Source of the DNA: Clostridiales bacterium
GTDB lineage: Bacteria > Bacillota > Clostridia > Saccharofermentanales > Saccharofermentanaceae
Length of the DNA: 64,000 nucleotides
Direction of reading: 5' to 3'
NCBI GenBank assembly: GCA_017428155.1
Contig: JAFRRJ010000007.1
Location: 8,357-72,356 of the forward strand
Translations under genes and position numbers: made by a program
Notes under the pieces: model-generated
Seen by the model: the letters and a program-made list of their open reading frames with translations, nothing else
Databases searched by the model: none
What the model was told of the DNA's origin: nothing
Part shown: positions 9,534 to 18,903 of the stretch, piece after piece
How the letters are laid out: every line of letters begins with the position of its first letter
How positions within the stretch are numbered: the stretch's first letter is position 1

Positions 9534-12501
9534 TACTCTGTCTCGCCTGCATCTCGAGCCATTCGGTCTCGGTTATAAGGATCTTTCTCGGCTTGCTGCC
9601 CTCGAAAGGTCCGATGACCTTGGCTTTCTCAAGTTCATCTATAAGCCTTGCAGCTCTCGGATATCCGATTCCGAGTCTTCTCTGAAGCACAGATACGCTT
9701 GCGCTTCCATTCTCGATAACTGTCTGGACAGCCTGATTGAAAAGATCGTCAGCATCAGAACCGCCGCCTGAAGATCCTCCGGATGACGAGCCTGAAGCCT
9801 GGTCTCCTCCTGCCGTAACCCTGTCGATATCCTTAATGATCATCTCATCATACATTGAACCGTAAGTCTTCTTAAGGAAATTGACCACAGTCTCAACTTC
9901 ATTATCCGAGAGGAACGCGCCCTGTCCTCTTACAGGCTGCGGTGCACTCATCGGTGCATAGAGCATATCGCCCTTACCCAGGAGTTTCTCGGCACCGTAC
10001 TGATCGAGTATAGTTCTTGAGTCAACTCCAGATGTAACGGCAAATGCTATCCTTGAACCGATATTCGCCTTGATGACGCCCGTGATGACGTCAACGGACG
10101 GTCTTTGTGTGGCAATGAGCAAATGGATTCCTGCTGCTCTTGCAAGAGCTGCAAGTCTTGAGATATATGTCTCGACTTCCTTTGCTGCAACCATCATGAG
10201 TTCGGCAAGCTCGTCGATTACTATAAGGATAAGCGGAAGATGCTCTTCGGGACCGTTCTTGTATTTCTCGTTGAATCCCTTGATGTCTCTTACCTGTCCC
10301 TCTTCGAAAAGCTTGTATCTTCTCTGCATCTCCATTACCGCCCAGTTAAGCGCGCCTGCAGCTTTCTTAGGATCGGTGATGACCGGCATTATGAGGTGCG
10401 GAACCCCGTTATAAACAGAAAGTTCAACAACCTTAGGATCGACAAGGATCATACGGACTTCCTCAGGAGAAGAATGAACGAGGATACTGGTAAGGATCGA
10501 GTTAATACATACGGATTTACCTGAACCCGTGGAGCCTGCGATCATAAGGTGCGGCATCTTTGCAAGGTCACAGTAGATAGGACGTCCGGGAATATCCCTT
10601 CCCAACGCTACAGTAAGCGGTGTAGAAGCCTTGAAATCTTTGGTCTCGACAAGACCTCTGAGCTGTACGGCCGTAGGAACATCATTAGGGATCTCGATAC
10701 CTATTGCGCTCTTTCCAGGGATAGGAGCCTCGATCCTGATAGAGATCGCAGCCATAGCGAGCATTATGTCATCCTGAAGTCCTGTTACTCTTGATACCTT
10801 TGTACCTGTCTCAAGTGTCAGCTCGAATCTGGTGATCGACGGACCGTGTGTTATATTTACGACTTCTGCACTGATTCCGAAGCTCTTAAGAGCATCCTCA
10901 AGCTTATGAGCCTTTGCCTTAAGCTTCTTCTCAAGATCCGCATCGGCGCGCTGCTTGATATCTGGAGCAAGACAAGAAGTCGGAGCAGGCTTGTAGTTCC
11001 TGAGCTTTCTCTTCTGATTGCGGATCTCAGCTTCATGCTTCCTGGTCTCTTCTGCAAACTCGATACCGGGAGCGGATCTGTCTGCATCTGAATGTGAAGA
11101 GGTCTTGATTATCCTGCCCTCAGTCCTGCTAAAGCCTTCTGTATTATCATTGCTCTGATTGATAGTGATCTTTCCGTCCGGCTCACCGTATGCGGATACA
11201 GATGCCGGAGTATCAGAAGCATTGTCTGAAAGCCTGTCATATACGGAAGGTCTGATCCTGGGTTCCCTGACGGAACGCTCAGGCGAATAGTCGTATCCGG
11301 AACCTTCGCTTCCCTCACTTACTTCATAAAGATCTTCCGACCCGCTGAAGATATCATTCTCTATATACTTTTCACCATCATCCTTCTTTTCCGGGGACAG
11401 ATCATAGAAATCCTCCTTCTTTCCGGGCTCCAAGAAAGATAATGTCTTCTTCTGTTTCTTAACCTTGGCTGCACCCGGAACATTCAAAGGATCAGTAATG
11501 TAACCGAAGTCGGCTTCGGGATCGTTCCTGCCGGATACATCATATTCTTTCTCATTGAAAGTAAGCTTTCCGGGATCCTGCTGCACCGCATGGATCTGTC
11601 CGCCGGTGAGCTTCTCGACATCGGTAAATCCCGTGGCACCGTCTATAGGAAGGTTGGTCATAAAAGGTCCCTGCTTTTCATTGCCGGGGCCGGGACTCTG
11701 AACAAACGGCGAATTGCCCGTTTTTACTGAATCGGGATAATTCAGTCCGCCGTCACCATATGTAATGACCGTTTGTCCCGCAGGTCTCTGAACAGGTCTT
11801 TGCGGAGCGGCACTGCCGTATCCGTTGCCTGAATATATCTGATAATCAGGATCATTCTGTCTCTGGTTCTTGTGGCTTACCACAGTGTTGTAGACCTTGC
11901 CTGAAGTTGTGGCAATAGCATGAGCAGTCTTCTTTGCCGTCGCCTTGATGGATACTCTGAAAACAAGAAGGATCTGTGTGAGAAGGAAGACGATTATCGC
12001 AAGGACACCGATTACTTTGCCGATGACTTCATTAAGTGCAACGGCAATGGCGCCTCCGATAATGCCGCCGGTAAGAACAGGGGCACTGTTTATGGGATTT
12101 CCGATCACTTCGGATTCTGTTCCGGACTGCCACAAAAGAGACAAAGCCTTAAGTGCTGACGTATTTCCGTCAGGATTAAGGCACAGACCTCTGAAATATT
12201 CCATATCCATGGAGATCAGCGCAAGAAGTGCTGATACGGATACCAGAAGCAGTATCATACTTCTTACTCTTATTCCTGATACTCCCTGTCTCTTCTCGAA
12301 AAAGACATCCAATGCGACATAGAGTATATAAACCGGTATCGCATAAGCCGAGATGCCGATCAGCCCGAGGAAGAAATCCTTGGCCGTGGCACCGATAATA
12401 CCTGTAAGGGAAACAGGAAGATAGAATATCAGTATTATGGCAACAGCCACGAAGAACAGTACGATTCCCGCAGCTTCTTTGCGTGATGTATCCCTGCTCA
12501 A
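9526..12501 (-). CDS. ftsK: DNA translocase FtsK/SpoIIIE
   Basis: N-terminal TM segments and a long low-complexity linker. Motor domain with Walker A GSTGSGKSV, and a C-terminal gamma wHTH (SVSVLQRRLGIGYPRAARLIDELE). Confidence 0.97.
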   Translation of the reverse strand: MSRDTSRKEAAGIVLFFVAVAIILIFYLPVSLTGIIGATAKDFFLGLIGISAYAIPVYILYVALDVFFEKRQGVSGIRVRSMILLLVSVSALLALISMDMEYFRGLCLNPDGNTSALKALSLLWQSGTESEVIGNPINSAPVLTGGIIGGAIAVALNEVIGKVIGVLAIIVFLLTQILLVFRVSIKATAKKTAHAIATTSGKVYNTVVSHKNQRQNDPDYQIYSGNGYGSAAPQRPVQRPAGQTVITYGDGGLNYPDSVKTGNSPFVQSPGPGNEKQGPFMTNLPIDGATGFTDVEKLTGGQIHAVQQDPGKLTFNEKEYDVSGRNDPEADFGYITDPLNVPGAAKVKKQKKTLSFLEPGKKEDFYDLSPEKKDDGEKYIENDIFSGSEDLYEVSEGSEGSGYDYSPERSVREPRIRPSVYDRLSDNASDTPASVSAYGEPDGKITINQSNDNTEGFSRTEGRIIKTSSHSDADRSAPGIEFAEETRKHEAEIRNQKRKLRNYKPAPTSCLAPDIKQRADADLEKKLKAKAHKLEDALKSFGISAEVVNITHGPSITRFELTLETGTKVSRVTGLQDDIMLAMAAISIRIEAPIPGKSAIGIEIPNDVPTAVQLRGLVETKDFKASTPLTVALGRDIPGRPIYCDLAKMPHLMIAGSTGSGKSVCINSILTSILVHSSPEEVRMILVDPKVVELSVYNGVPHLIMPVITDPKKAAGALNWAVMEMQRRYKLFEEGQVRDIKGFNEKYKNGPEEHLPLILIVIDELAELMMVAAKEVETYISRLAALARAAGIHLLIATQRPSVDVITGVIKANIGSRIAFAVTSGVDSRTILDQYGAEKLLGKGDMLYAPMSAPQPVRGQGAFLSDNEVETVVNFLKKTYGSMYDEMIIKDIDRVTAGGDQASGSSSGGSSGGGSDADDLFNQAVQTVIENGSASVSVLQRRLGIGYPRAARLIDELEKAKVIGPFEGSKPRKILITETEWLEMQARQSNG

Positions 12502-13058
12502 ATCCCTAACCTCCTGGAAGCCTTATATAACAACACCAGAGTCTTAGAATCCTCGATCTCACCGCTGTCTGCCATCTGAAGAGCTTCCGCAAGAGGAATC
12601 TTTACAGTTGACACATATTCGTTAAGATCCGGATTCGCATCTCCGGTATCAAGTTCTGTACCGATAAACAGAGTGATGACTTCAGAGCAATAGCCGGGAG
12701 TAGCTGTAACCGATCCGACATTCTCGATCTTCTTTGCAACAAACCCTGTCTCTTCAGTGATCTCCCTGGCCGCACACTCTAAAGGGTCTTCACCCTGCTC
12801 TATCTTGCCTGCCGGAGCTTCGAGCATTACCTTCTCAAAAGGGCTTCTGAACTGCTTTACAAGATAGCAGTTGCCCTGTTCGTCAACCGGAAGGATGCAT
12901 GCTCCGCCGTTGTGCTTAACGATCTCCCTTGTGCTCTTTCTGCCCTCGGGAGTCAGTATCTCTTTTATCTCTACATTGAATACCTTGCCCTCGAAAACAG
13001 TTTCCGAAGCAACAGTCTTCTCAAAAAGCATATCGTCACTGCAATTGATCTTGCCCAT
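12498..13058 (-). CDS. nudF: ADP-ribose pyrophosphatase-type NUDIX hydrolase
   Basis: Nudix box GKIEQGEDPLECAAREITEETGF. Start placed at the ATG that overlaps the rnhA stop (TGATG); the track start is 13094. Confidence 0.75.
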   Translation of the reverse strand: MGKINCSDDMLFEKTVASETVFEGKVFNVEIKEILTPEGRKSTREIVKHNGGACILPVDEQGNCYLVKQFRSPFEKVMLEAPAGKIEQGEDPLECAAREITEETGFVAKKIENVGSVTATPGYCSEVITLFIGTELDTGDANPDLNEYVSTVKIPLAEALQMADSGEIEDSKTLVLLYKASRRLGI

Positions 13059-13531
13059 CAGATATTCCCCTTGCCTTCGCTGATCTTCTTCCACTCTGCC
13101 ACGGCGAGCTCATCACAGCGGTTGTTGAATTCATTGTCCGAATGTCCCTTTACCTTATGGAAAGTCACATTATGCACGGCAGTAAGGCTGATAAGTTCCT
13201 TCCAGAGGTCGCTGTTGGCAACTTCGGCCTTTGCACTGTTCTTCCAGCCGTTATTCACCCACTTTCCGATCCAGTTCTGGCTGAAAGCGTTGACCACATA
13301 TGCACTGTCACTGTAGATATCCACCTTGCAGGGACGCTTTAACGCACGGAGTCCTTCGATAACTGCCATAAGCTCCATGCGGTTGTTCGTAGTGTCAGCC
13401 TCACCGCCGGAGAGTTCCTTCTTAACTCCCCCAGCCATGAGGATAGAAGCCCAACCGCCGGGCCCGGGATTACCCGAACATGCTCCGTCAGTATAGATTG
13501 TGACTTCGGTGATAACTGCCATATGAACCAA
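13058..13531 (-). CDS. rnhA: ribonuclease HI
   Basis: IYTDGACSGNPGPGGWA...NNRMELMA...DSAYV...WKKNGW-like blocks and the C-terminal VKGHSDNEFNNRCDELA. Confidence 0.9.
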   Translation of the reverse strand: MVHMAVITEVTIYTDGACSGNPGPGGWASILMAGGVKKELSGGEADTTNNRMELMAVIEGLRALKRPCKVDIYSDSAYVVNAFSQNWIGKWVNNGWKNSAKAEVANSDLWKELISLTAVHNVTFHKVKGHSDNEFNNRCDELAVAEWKKISEGKGNI

Positions 13532-13540
13532 TATCAGGGC

Positions 13541-14344
13541 TTATTTATTGCCCTTCATCTCCTGAGTCTTGTCATATGCCGCTGTTACGGACTTGATCAC
13601 GGCATTGCGAAGGCCGTTCTCTTCGAGTGCCATAACGCCGGCGATCGTTGTTCCGCCGGGAGAGCAGACCATATCCTTCAGTACTGCAGGATGCTTTCCT
13701 GTCTCAAGAGCAAGTTTGCCGGATCCGGCTACTGTTGCGGCCGCGATCTTAAGAGCATCAACTCTCTTGATACCGAGGCTTACAGCAGCATCTGCCATTG
13801 CTTCGATAAAGAGCATCACATACGCAGGACCTGTTCCGGAAACGCATCCGATCGCATCAAGAGTATTCTCATCGCAGAGAATCGACTCTCCGCATGTATT
13901 AAGCAGCTTAATTACAAAAGCGGATTCATCTTCTGTTAATCCCACAGGACAGACAGCCGATACGCCGAGTCCGACCTGGGCAGGAGTATTAGGCATAATC
14001 CTTACGAACTTTCTGCCTTCACCAAGGATTCCTCCAATCCTTTCACAGGTAACAGCTGCCGCAATAGAAAGAACTATTGCATCAGGCTTAAGACTGTCCT
14101 TTATCCCCTTCAATGCATCATCAAAATGAATGGGCTTAACTGCCATGAGCACATAATCTGCTCCCTCGCAGGCTTCACTTGCAGATGCGGCTGCCTTTAC
14201 ACCGAGTTCTTCAGCGCACATTGTGCACGCCTTCGTGTAAACATCAAAGCAGACAGCTTCATCAGGGCTTATTACGCCGCCCTTAACAAAACCGCTCAAA
14301 AGAGCTTTACCCATATTACCTGTACCGATAACTGCTAACTTCAT
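13541..14344 (-). CDS. proC: pyrroline-5-carboxylate reductase
   Basis: N-terminal Rossmann IGTGNMGKAL. C-terminal VCSPGGTTIAGVMALEENG signature. Confidence 0.9.
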   Translation of the reverse strand: MKLAVIGTGNMGKALLSGFVKGGVISPDEAVCFDVYTKACTMCAEELGVKAAASASEACEGADYVLMAVKPIHFDDALKGIKDSLKPDAIVLSIAAAVTCERIGGILGEGRKFVRIMPNTPAQVGLGVSAVCPVGLTEDESAFVIKLLNTCGESILCDENTLDAIGCVSGTGPAYVMLFIEAMADAAVSLGIKRVDALKIAAATVAGSGKLALETGKHPAVLKDMVCSPGGTTIAGVMALEENGLRNAVIKSVTAAYDKTQEMKGNK

Positions 14345-14398
14345 GAACTTCTCCTCTTATAATATATATATTAGGCGACTTAAATCTTAACATTACCC

Positions 14399-14427
14399 TT
14401 GACATAGTGCAAACAAACCATTACACT
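14399..14427 (+). promoter_or_regulatory. tRNA-Trp promoter (-35 TTGACA, 17 nt spacer, -10 TACACT)
   Basis: TTGACA at 14399-14404 and TACACT at 14422-14427, 15 nt upstream of the tRNA 5' end. Confidence 0.6.
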
Positions 14428-14441
14428 GTTCGTTGCAACGA

Positions 14442-14516
14442 AGGGGAGTGGCTCAACGGTAGAGCAGCGGTCTCCAAAACCGCCGGTTGCGCGTTCAAAT
14501 CGTGTCTCCCCTGCCA
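14442..14516 (+). tRNA. trnW: tRNA-Trp (anticodon CCA), genomically encoded CCA end
   Basis: Hand-folded cloverleaf. Acceptor AGGGGAG/CTCCCCT, D arm GCTC..GAGC, anticodon stem GCGGT/ACCGC with loop CTCCAAA, T loop GTTCAAATC, discriminator G plus CCA. Confidence 0.9.
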
Positions 14517-14523
14517 ATTATTT

Positions 14524-14554
14524 AGGGCTGTCTCATCAGGAGGCAGCCCTTTTT
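14524..14554 (+). terminator. rho-independent terminator after tRNA-Trp
   Basis: 10 bp stem AGGGCTGTCT/AGGCAGCCCT with a 7 nt loop, followed by TTTT. Confidence 0.75.
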
Positions 14555-14617
14555 GATTCAAATATTGTCCCTTTAACTTAACCTAAATGTAACTTAGTGA
14601 AGGTCCCTGACCTCTTT

Positions 14618-15652
14618 TTATGTGTTCTCGGAGTTCTGAGCCTCATTCCCGGAATCGGAAGGAATCGTCATCTCATCGATTTTATATCTGATCTGGGAAG
14701 ATCTTAATGCGGCTTTGGGCACTACGTCGATAACGATATAAGGGATATCATCCTTGCTGACAGGTACGAGTCTTATAGCATAATTGCCCTTGACATCATA
14801 CTTGGTACTGCCTGCCTCATAGTTGTGCATTATCTTCAAAGCAAGATTAACAGCCTCCTGGATCGAGAGCTCAGGATAAAGCGTCTGCAGAGTGTTTGCA
14901 AGGTACATTGATACCGGATCTTCATCATACAGAGTATAGATCCTGACATAAGCAAGCTTACCGTCATTCTTCCTTGCAGCGCCCTGGATTCCTGAATGGG
15001 AATACATCGGTGCTTCGCCTGCGAAAAAGTCCACATACCCGAGACTTCCCTTAACAACAGCCTTGTCACCTAAGATGTCAGGCGTAACCGTAGGATCGAC
15101 ATAAGGAATATCCGAAAAGCCTATGTAGTTCTCGCTGGATACAAGGTAATTGGCAATCTCGCTGGAATTGAAGCTCTTCTTGAAAGCATCAGGTGTCATT
15201 CCCATTGAAGGATAGAGCGTATTCGGAAGGATAAAATAAATGCCTGCAATAAGAATTGCGACCAGCGCAAGAAGAAGAGATACCGGGATGATAGGATCAC
15301 GCTTGCACTTCTCGGTAAAAGGAAGCTTCCTGAACTTTGCATTCTCGGCAGCTATCTGCCTGTCAGTCTTTTCTTTTGAAATGTTTTTTCCGCCCTGACC
15401 CTTACGTTCATTCTTCTTTGAGTCTTTATTCTTTACCTCTTCAGGCTTTTCTTCAGACTCTTTGCCGTTCTTTTTATCGTCTTTTTTCTCGTCTTTTTTG
15501 ATCAGGCTAATTACTTCATCGGCTACTTTATCCATAGCCTCTTCAGATGCATCCGTCTCCTTCTTCTCAACGGAGACTTCAGCACTTATATCCTCAGCGG
15601 CCTCTTTACCGCTGTTATTGATCTCATTATCCTTGCTCTTATCTTTAGACAT
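14618..15652 (-). CDS. hypothetical membrane-anchored protein with a Lys/Glu-rich N-terminus
   Basis: 344 aa. Charged low-complexity N-terminal 120 aa, a single TM (IIPVSLLLALVAILIAGIYFIL), and an extracytoplasmic C-terminal domain with no recognised motif. Confidence 0.55.
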   Translation of the reverse strand: MSKDKSKDNEINNSGKEAAEDISAEVSVEKKETDASEEAMDKVADEVISLIKKDEKKDDKKNGKESEEKPEEVKNKDSKKNERKGQGGKNISKEKTDRQIAAENAKFRKLPFTEKCKRDPIIPVSLLLALVAILIAGIYFILPNTLYPSMGMTPDAFKKSFNSSEIANYLVSSENYIGFSDIPYVDPTVTPDILGDKAVVKGSLGYVDFFAGEAPMYSHSGIQGAARKNDGKLAYVRIYTLYDEDPVSMYLANTLQTLYPELSIQEAVNLALKIMHNYEAGSTKYDVKGNYAIRLVPVSKDDIPYIVIDVVPKAALRSSQIRYKIDEMTIPSDSGNEAQNSENT

Positions 15653-15782
15653 ATAGGAATCCTCCCTTTTGACGCTGATATTATACTTATGAAGTCATGA
15701 CTTGTAAAACATGGGAACTGCAAGGTGAGCGCGAATCGTGTACAATATATTTTCAGGAAAGTTTTTCAAGGGGGATAAGACA

Positions 15783-16487
15783 ATGCCGCATCTATTGATC
15801 TCAGGAGGCACCAGAGGGATCGGCAAAGCATGTGTAAAGCTTTTCGCTGCCAACGGATATAAAGTATCGTCATTAAGCCGCACAGGCAAATCCGACGAGC
15901 TTATTGACGGAGTCACATACTACCAGTGTGATGTCAGAGATCCCGGAGAAGTGGATCTTGCAGTAAACAGTGCCATAAGATCTTTCGGTCCCGTTGATGT
16001 ATTGATCTCAAATGCCGGAATATCCGTATCCGGTCTTGCACAGGATTTCGGATTCGAAGACTACAGAGCCGTAATGGACACGAATTTCGGAGGTCTTTTT
16101 AATCTTTCAAAAGCTGTCATCCCTCACATGGTCTCTCAGCAAAAGGGAGTTATCCTCGCTGTATCTTCAATGTGGGGACAGACAGGTGCTTCATGCGAGG
16201 CTTTGTATTCGGCAAGCAAAGGCGCCGTAGATTCCTATGTAAAAGCGCTTGCCAAGGAATTGGGTCCTTCAGGCATCAGAGTCAATGCAGTATCACCCGG
16301 AGCGACCAACACTGACATGATGAGCACTTTTTCCGATGAAGTAAAAGAGGTTATCAGCGAAGACACCCCTCTCGGAAGACTCGGCGAACCGTCCGAGATA
16401 GCAGAGGTCCTGTACTTCCTCCAATCAGAGAAGGCATCTTTTATCACGGGACAGATCATAGGCGTAAACGGCGGATACCTGATCTGA
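15783..16487 (+). CDS. short-chain dehydrogenase/reductase (3-oxoacyl-ACP reductase-like)
   Basis: SGGTRGIGKA cofactor motif, NAG, and catalytic YSASKGA. Start set at the ATG at 15783, behind an AGGGGGA RBS. Confidence 0.8.
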   Translation: MPHLLISGGTRGIGKACVKLFAANGYKVSSLSRTGKSDELIDGVTYYQCDVRDPGEVDLAVNSAIRSFGPVDVLISNAGISVSGLAQDFGFEDYRAVMDTNFGGLFNLSKAVIPHMVSQQKGVILAVSSMWGQTGASCEALYSASKGAVDSYVKALAKELGPSGIRVNAVSPGATNTDMMSTFSDEVKEVISEDTPLGRLGEPSEIAEVLYFLQSEKASFITGQIIGVNGGYLI

Positions 16488-16535
16488 AAAACGCCAAAAA
16501 CGCCTGAATTACCGCATTTGCGAGAACAGGTCTCG

Positions 16536-16564
16536 TTGAATTGTCACTTTTAATCATTTAGAAT
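16536..16564 (+). promoter_or_regulatory. citrate synthase promoter (-35 TTGAAT, 17 nt spacer, -10 TAGAAT)
   Basis: TTGAAT at 16536-16541 and TAGAAT at 16559-16564. Confidence 0.55.
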
Positions 16565-16618
16565 ATTTAAGTCTGCGCGAAAACGCAGTCAATATATGCC
16601 TCAGAAAGGAGAGGACTT

Positions 16619-17986
16619 ATGGCTCAAAACAATTATTCCAAGATCACGCCCGAGATAACACGTCTTGCGCAGATCTGCCAGTCAAATGCCATAGATACGG
16701 AGCTCTACACCACCTATGATGTCAAGCGCGGCCTCAGAGACATTAACGGTAAGGGAGTATTAACAGGACTTACGAAGATCTCCGAAGTCAATGCGACACA
16801 GGAAGTGGATGGCAAGATCGTCCCTGCACCCGGCGAATTGTTCTACCGCGGGATCAACGTAAAAGAAATGATCAAGGGACAGCCCGAGGAGATGCATTGC
16901 GGGTTCGAAGAGACCACGTATCTGCTCTTGTTCGGCAAGCTCCCGAACGAGCAGGAATTAATGGATTTCCGCACTCTTCTTGCAGAATCCAGATCTAAAA
17001 TGCCGAAGAATTTCTTCAGGGATGTAATCATGCAGAAGCCTTCATCAGATCTCATGAACAATATCCAGCGAGGAGTTCTGAATCTTTATGCTTACGATAC
17101 ACAGGCTTCTGACACATCCATTCCGAACGTTTTACGGCAGTCTCTGGAATTGATCTCGATCTTCCCGAGCCTTGCTGTTCACAGTTATAATGCGATGCGC
17201 TATTACCTTGACCGTGATTCACTGGTTGTCCACAGACCCAGACCGGATCTTTCGATAGCAGAGAATTTCCTCTACATGTTAAGGGCTGACAACAAATTCA
17301 CACCGCTTGAAGCAAAGATCCTGGATGTCTCACTCATGCTCCATGCCGAGCACGGCGGAGGTAACAACTCCACTTTCACAACACACGTTGTAACAAGTTC
17401 AGGAACGGATACTTATGCTGCAGTCGTTGCCGCTTTAAGTTCTCTTAAAGGTCCGAAGCACGGCGGCGCGAACATCATGGTCGTCAAGATGTTCAAGGAG
17501 CTTGAGAGAAGTATTTCAGACTGGGAAGATGACGATGAGATCCTCGCTTATCTTGAGAAGATCCTCCACAAGGACGCCTTCGACCGCTCCGGTGTCATTT
17601 ACGGTATGGGACACGCCATTTATTCCATATCCGATCCCAGAGCGCAGATCTTCAAGCGTTACGTAAAAGATCTTTCGGCTGAAAAAGGACGCACAAAAGA
17701 ATTCGAATTCTATGAAAGAGTCGAGAAGCTCTCGGCTGATCTTATTGCAGCAGAGCGCCGCATCTACAAGGGCGTTTCAGCCAACATCGACTTCTACAGC
17801 GGCTTTGTTTATTCAATGCTCGGCATACCGATGGAACTTTATACGCCTCTGTTTGCGATCGCCAGAATATCCGGCTGGTCTGCTCACAGGATCGAAGAGC
17901 TCAACGGCAAGGGCAAGATCATACGTCCTGCTTATAAGAGCGTTCAGCCCAGAGTCGAATACCATCCGATGAGCGAGAGGGAATAA
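16619..17986 (+). CDS. citrate synthase (citrate/2-methylcitrate synthase family)
   Basis: HAEHGGGNNSTF, GPKHGGAN, and the C-terminal GWSAHRIEE hinge/catalytic blocks. Confidence 0.88.
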   Translation: MAQNNYSKITPEITRLAQICQSNAIDTELYTTYDVKRGLRDINGKGVLTGLTKISEVNATQEVDGKIVPAPGELFYRGINVKEMIKGQPEEMHCGFEETTYLLLFGKLPNEQELMDFRTLLAESRSKMPKNFFRDVIMQKPSSDLMNNIQRGVLNLYAYDTQASDTSIPNVLRQSLELISIFPSLAVHSYNAMRYYLDRDSLVVHRPRPDLSIAENFLYMLRADNKFTPLEAKILDVSLMLHAEHGGGNNSTFTTHVVTSSGTDTYAAVVAALSSLKGPKHGGANIMVVKMFKELERSISDWEDDDEILAYLEKILHKDAFDRSGVIYGMGHAIYSISDPRAQIFKRYVKDLSAEKGRTKEFEFYERVEKLSADLIAAERRIYKGVSANIDFYSGFVYSMLGIPMELYTPLFAIARISGWSAHRIEELNGKGKIIRPAYKSVQPRVEYHPMSERE

Positions 17987-18029
17987 ACTTCCTGATCAGT
18001 AACCGGTAAATTTATCATAAAATGCAAAA

Positions 18030-18057
18030 CCGTGCAGATGAACCTGCACGGTTTTTT
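18030..18057 (+). terminator. rho-independent terminator of citrate synthase
   Basis: 8 bp stem CCGTGCAG/CTGCACGG with a 6 nt loop, then TTTTTT. Confidence 0.8.
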
Positions 18058-18080
18058 GTTGATTTATGCGGGGCGTGGTC

Positions 18081-18287
18081 AAACATCCCAAATGGCTTAA
18101 ATCATGGTTTTTGGGATACATTTTCGATTGGAAAAACACCCCCAATTTAAAATATCCGCATTTTGGGATGTTTTCAGGGCTCTAAAAGCACCCCAAATTT
18201 AAAATAAACGCATTTTGGGATGTTTTCGTGACTCTAAAAGTACCCCGAATTAAAAATAATCGCATTTTGGGATGTTTTCGCGGCTTT
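18081..18287. repeat. four tandem copies of a 52 bp unit (51 bp in the diverged first copy), core ...ACCCCAAATTTAAAATAnnCGCATTTTGGGATGTTTTC...
   Basis: Units at 18081-18131, 18132-18183, 18184-18235 and 18236-18287, aligned by eye. Copies 2-4 are very similar and copy 1 is diverged. Flanked by the 9 bp inverted repeat GGGCGTGGT (18071-18079) / ACCACGCCC (18309-18317). Confidence 0.85.
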
Positions 18288-18339
18288 ACATTTTGCACAC
18301 ACCGCACCACCACGCCCTAGCAGCAAAAAACACACAAAC

Positions 18340-18372
18340 AAAAACTGTCCCGGCTAATCGGGACAGCTTTTT
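18340..18372. terminator. bidirectional rho-independent terminator
   Basis: 8 bp stem CTGTCCCG/CGGGACAG with a 6 nt loop. An A-run precedes it and a T-run follows it. It serves the minus-strand 87-aa gene and closes the repeat region. Confidence 0.7.
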
Positions 18373-18407
18373 ATTGTGTGCGTTTGATTAAAGGTTAAGA
18401 CCTTGGA

Positions 18408-18671
18408 TTAAGCCTTGGTCTCGTCCTCGACTTTTCCGAAAAGGTTAAGTCTGAAGAGCATTGCCTCATCGTCAGGATCAGAGCAGGAAATCTTTGCGTT
18501 GCATACGATTCCGCCTTCGATGAGCTTCATGATGCCTGTGATCTGGCTGAGCTTGCTCTTAAGGTTGAAGCGGTCACCTTCATCCGTAAGAAGGATTACG
18601 TTTCCCTTGCACTCGTCAAGTGCCTTCATAAGTGTTGCGACATCAATGTTGTCTAAGTAAAATGCTTTCAT
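18408..18671 (-). CDS. hypothetical small protein (87 aa)
   Basis: Clean ORF with a GGAGGT RBS. No motif recognised. Confidence 0.5.
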   Translation of the reverse strand: MKAFYLDNIDVATLMKALDECKGNVILLTDEGDRFNLKSKLSQITGIMKLIEGGIVCNAKISCSDPDDEAMLFRLNLFGKVEDETKA

Positions 18672-18903
18672 TTGTAATACCTCCTTGTATGGTATATTTA
18701 TCTATTTTCTTATCCCCAGGGCTTTCCCCTTGGACAGCCTAATCTTACACTTACTCCCCGTTTCAAACAATGGATTTGTTTAACAGATTGCATAATACTG
18801 GTTGCTTGTTTTTGTGCACACTGCATAAAAACAAGCAAGACTCCAACAGACATAAAATCCGTCAGAGCCTTGATAATTAAGCGTTTTGCCGAGAATCAGC
18901 GTA

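Noticed and set aside
18081-18287. Possible CRISPR array, suggested by regularly spaced repeats
   Set aside because: The entire 52 bp unit is conserved between copies, so there are no unique spacers. There are only four units and no cas genes in the window.
18672-18790. GGGGAGTA motif upstream of the 87-aa gene (minus strand), resembling the 5' conserved block of the yybP-ykoY Mn2+ riboswitch
   Set aside because: I could not find the rest of the four-helix consensus (the TTGACA-type and AGACC blocks). The space is too short, and the downstream gene is not a metal transporter.
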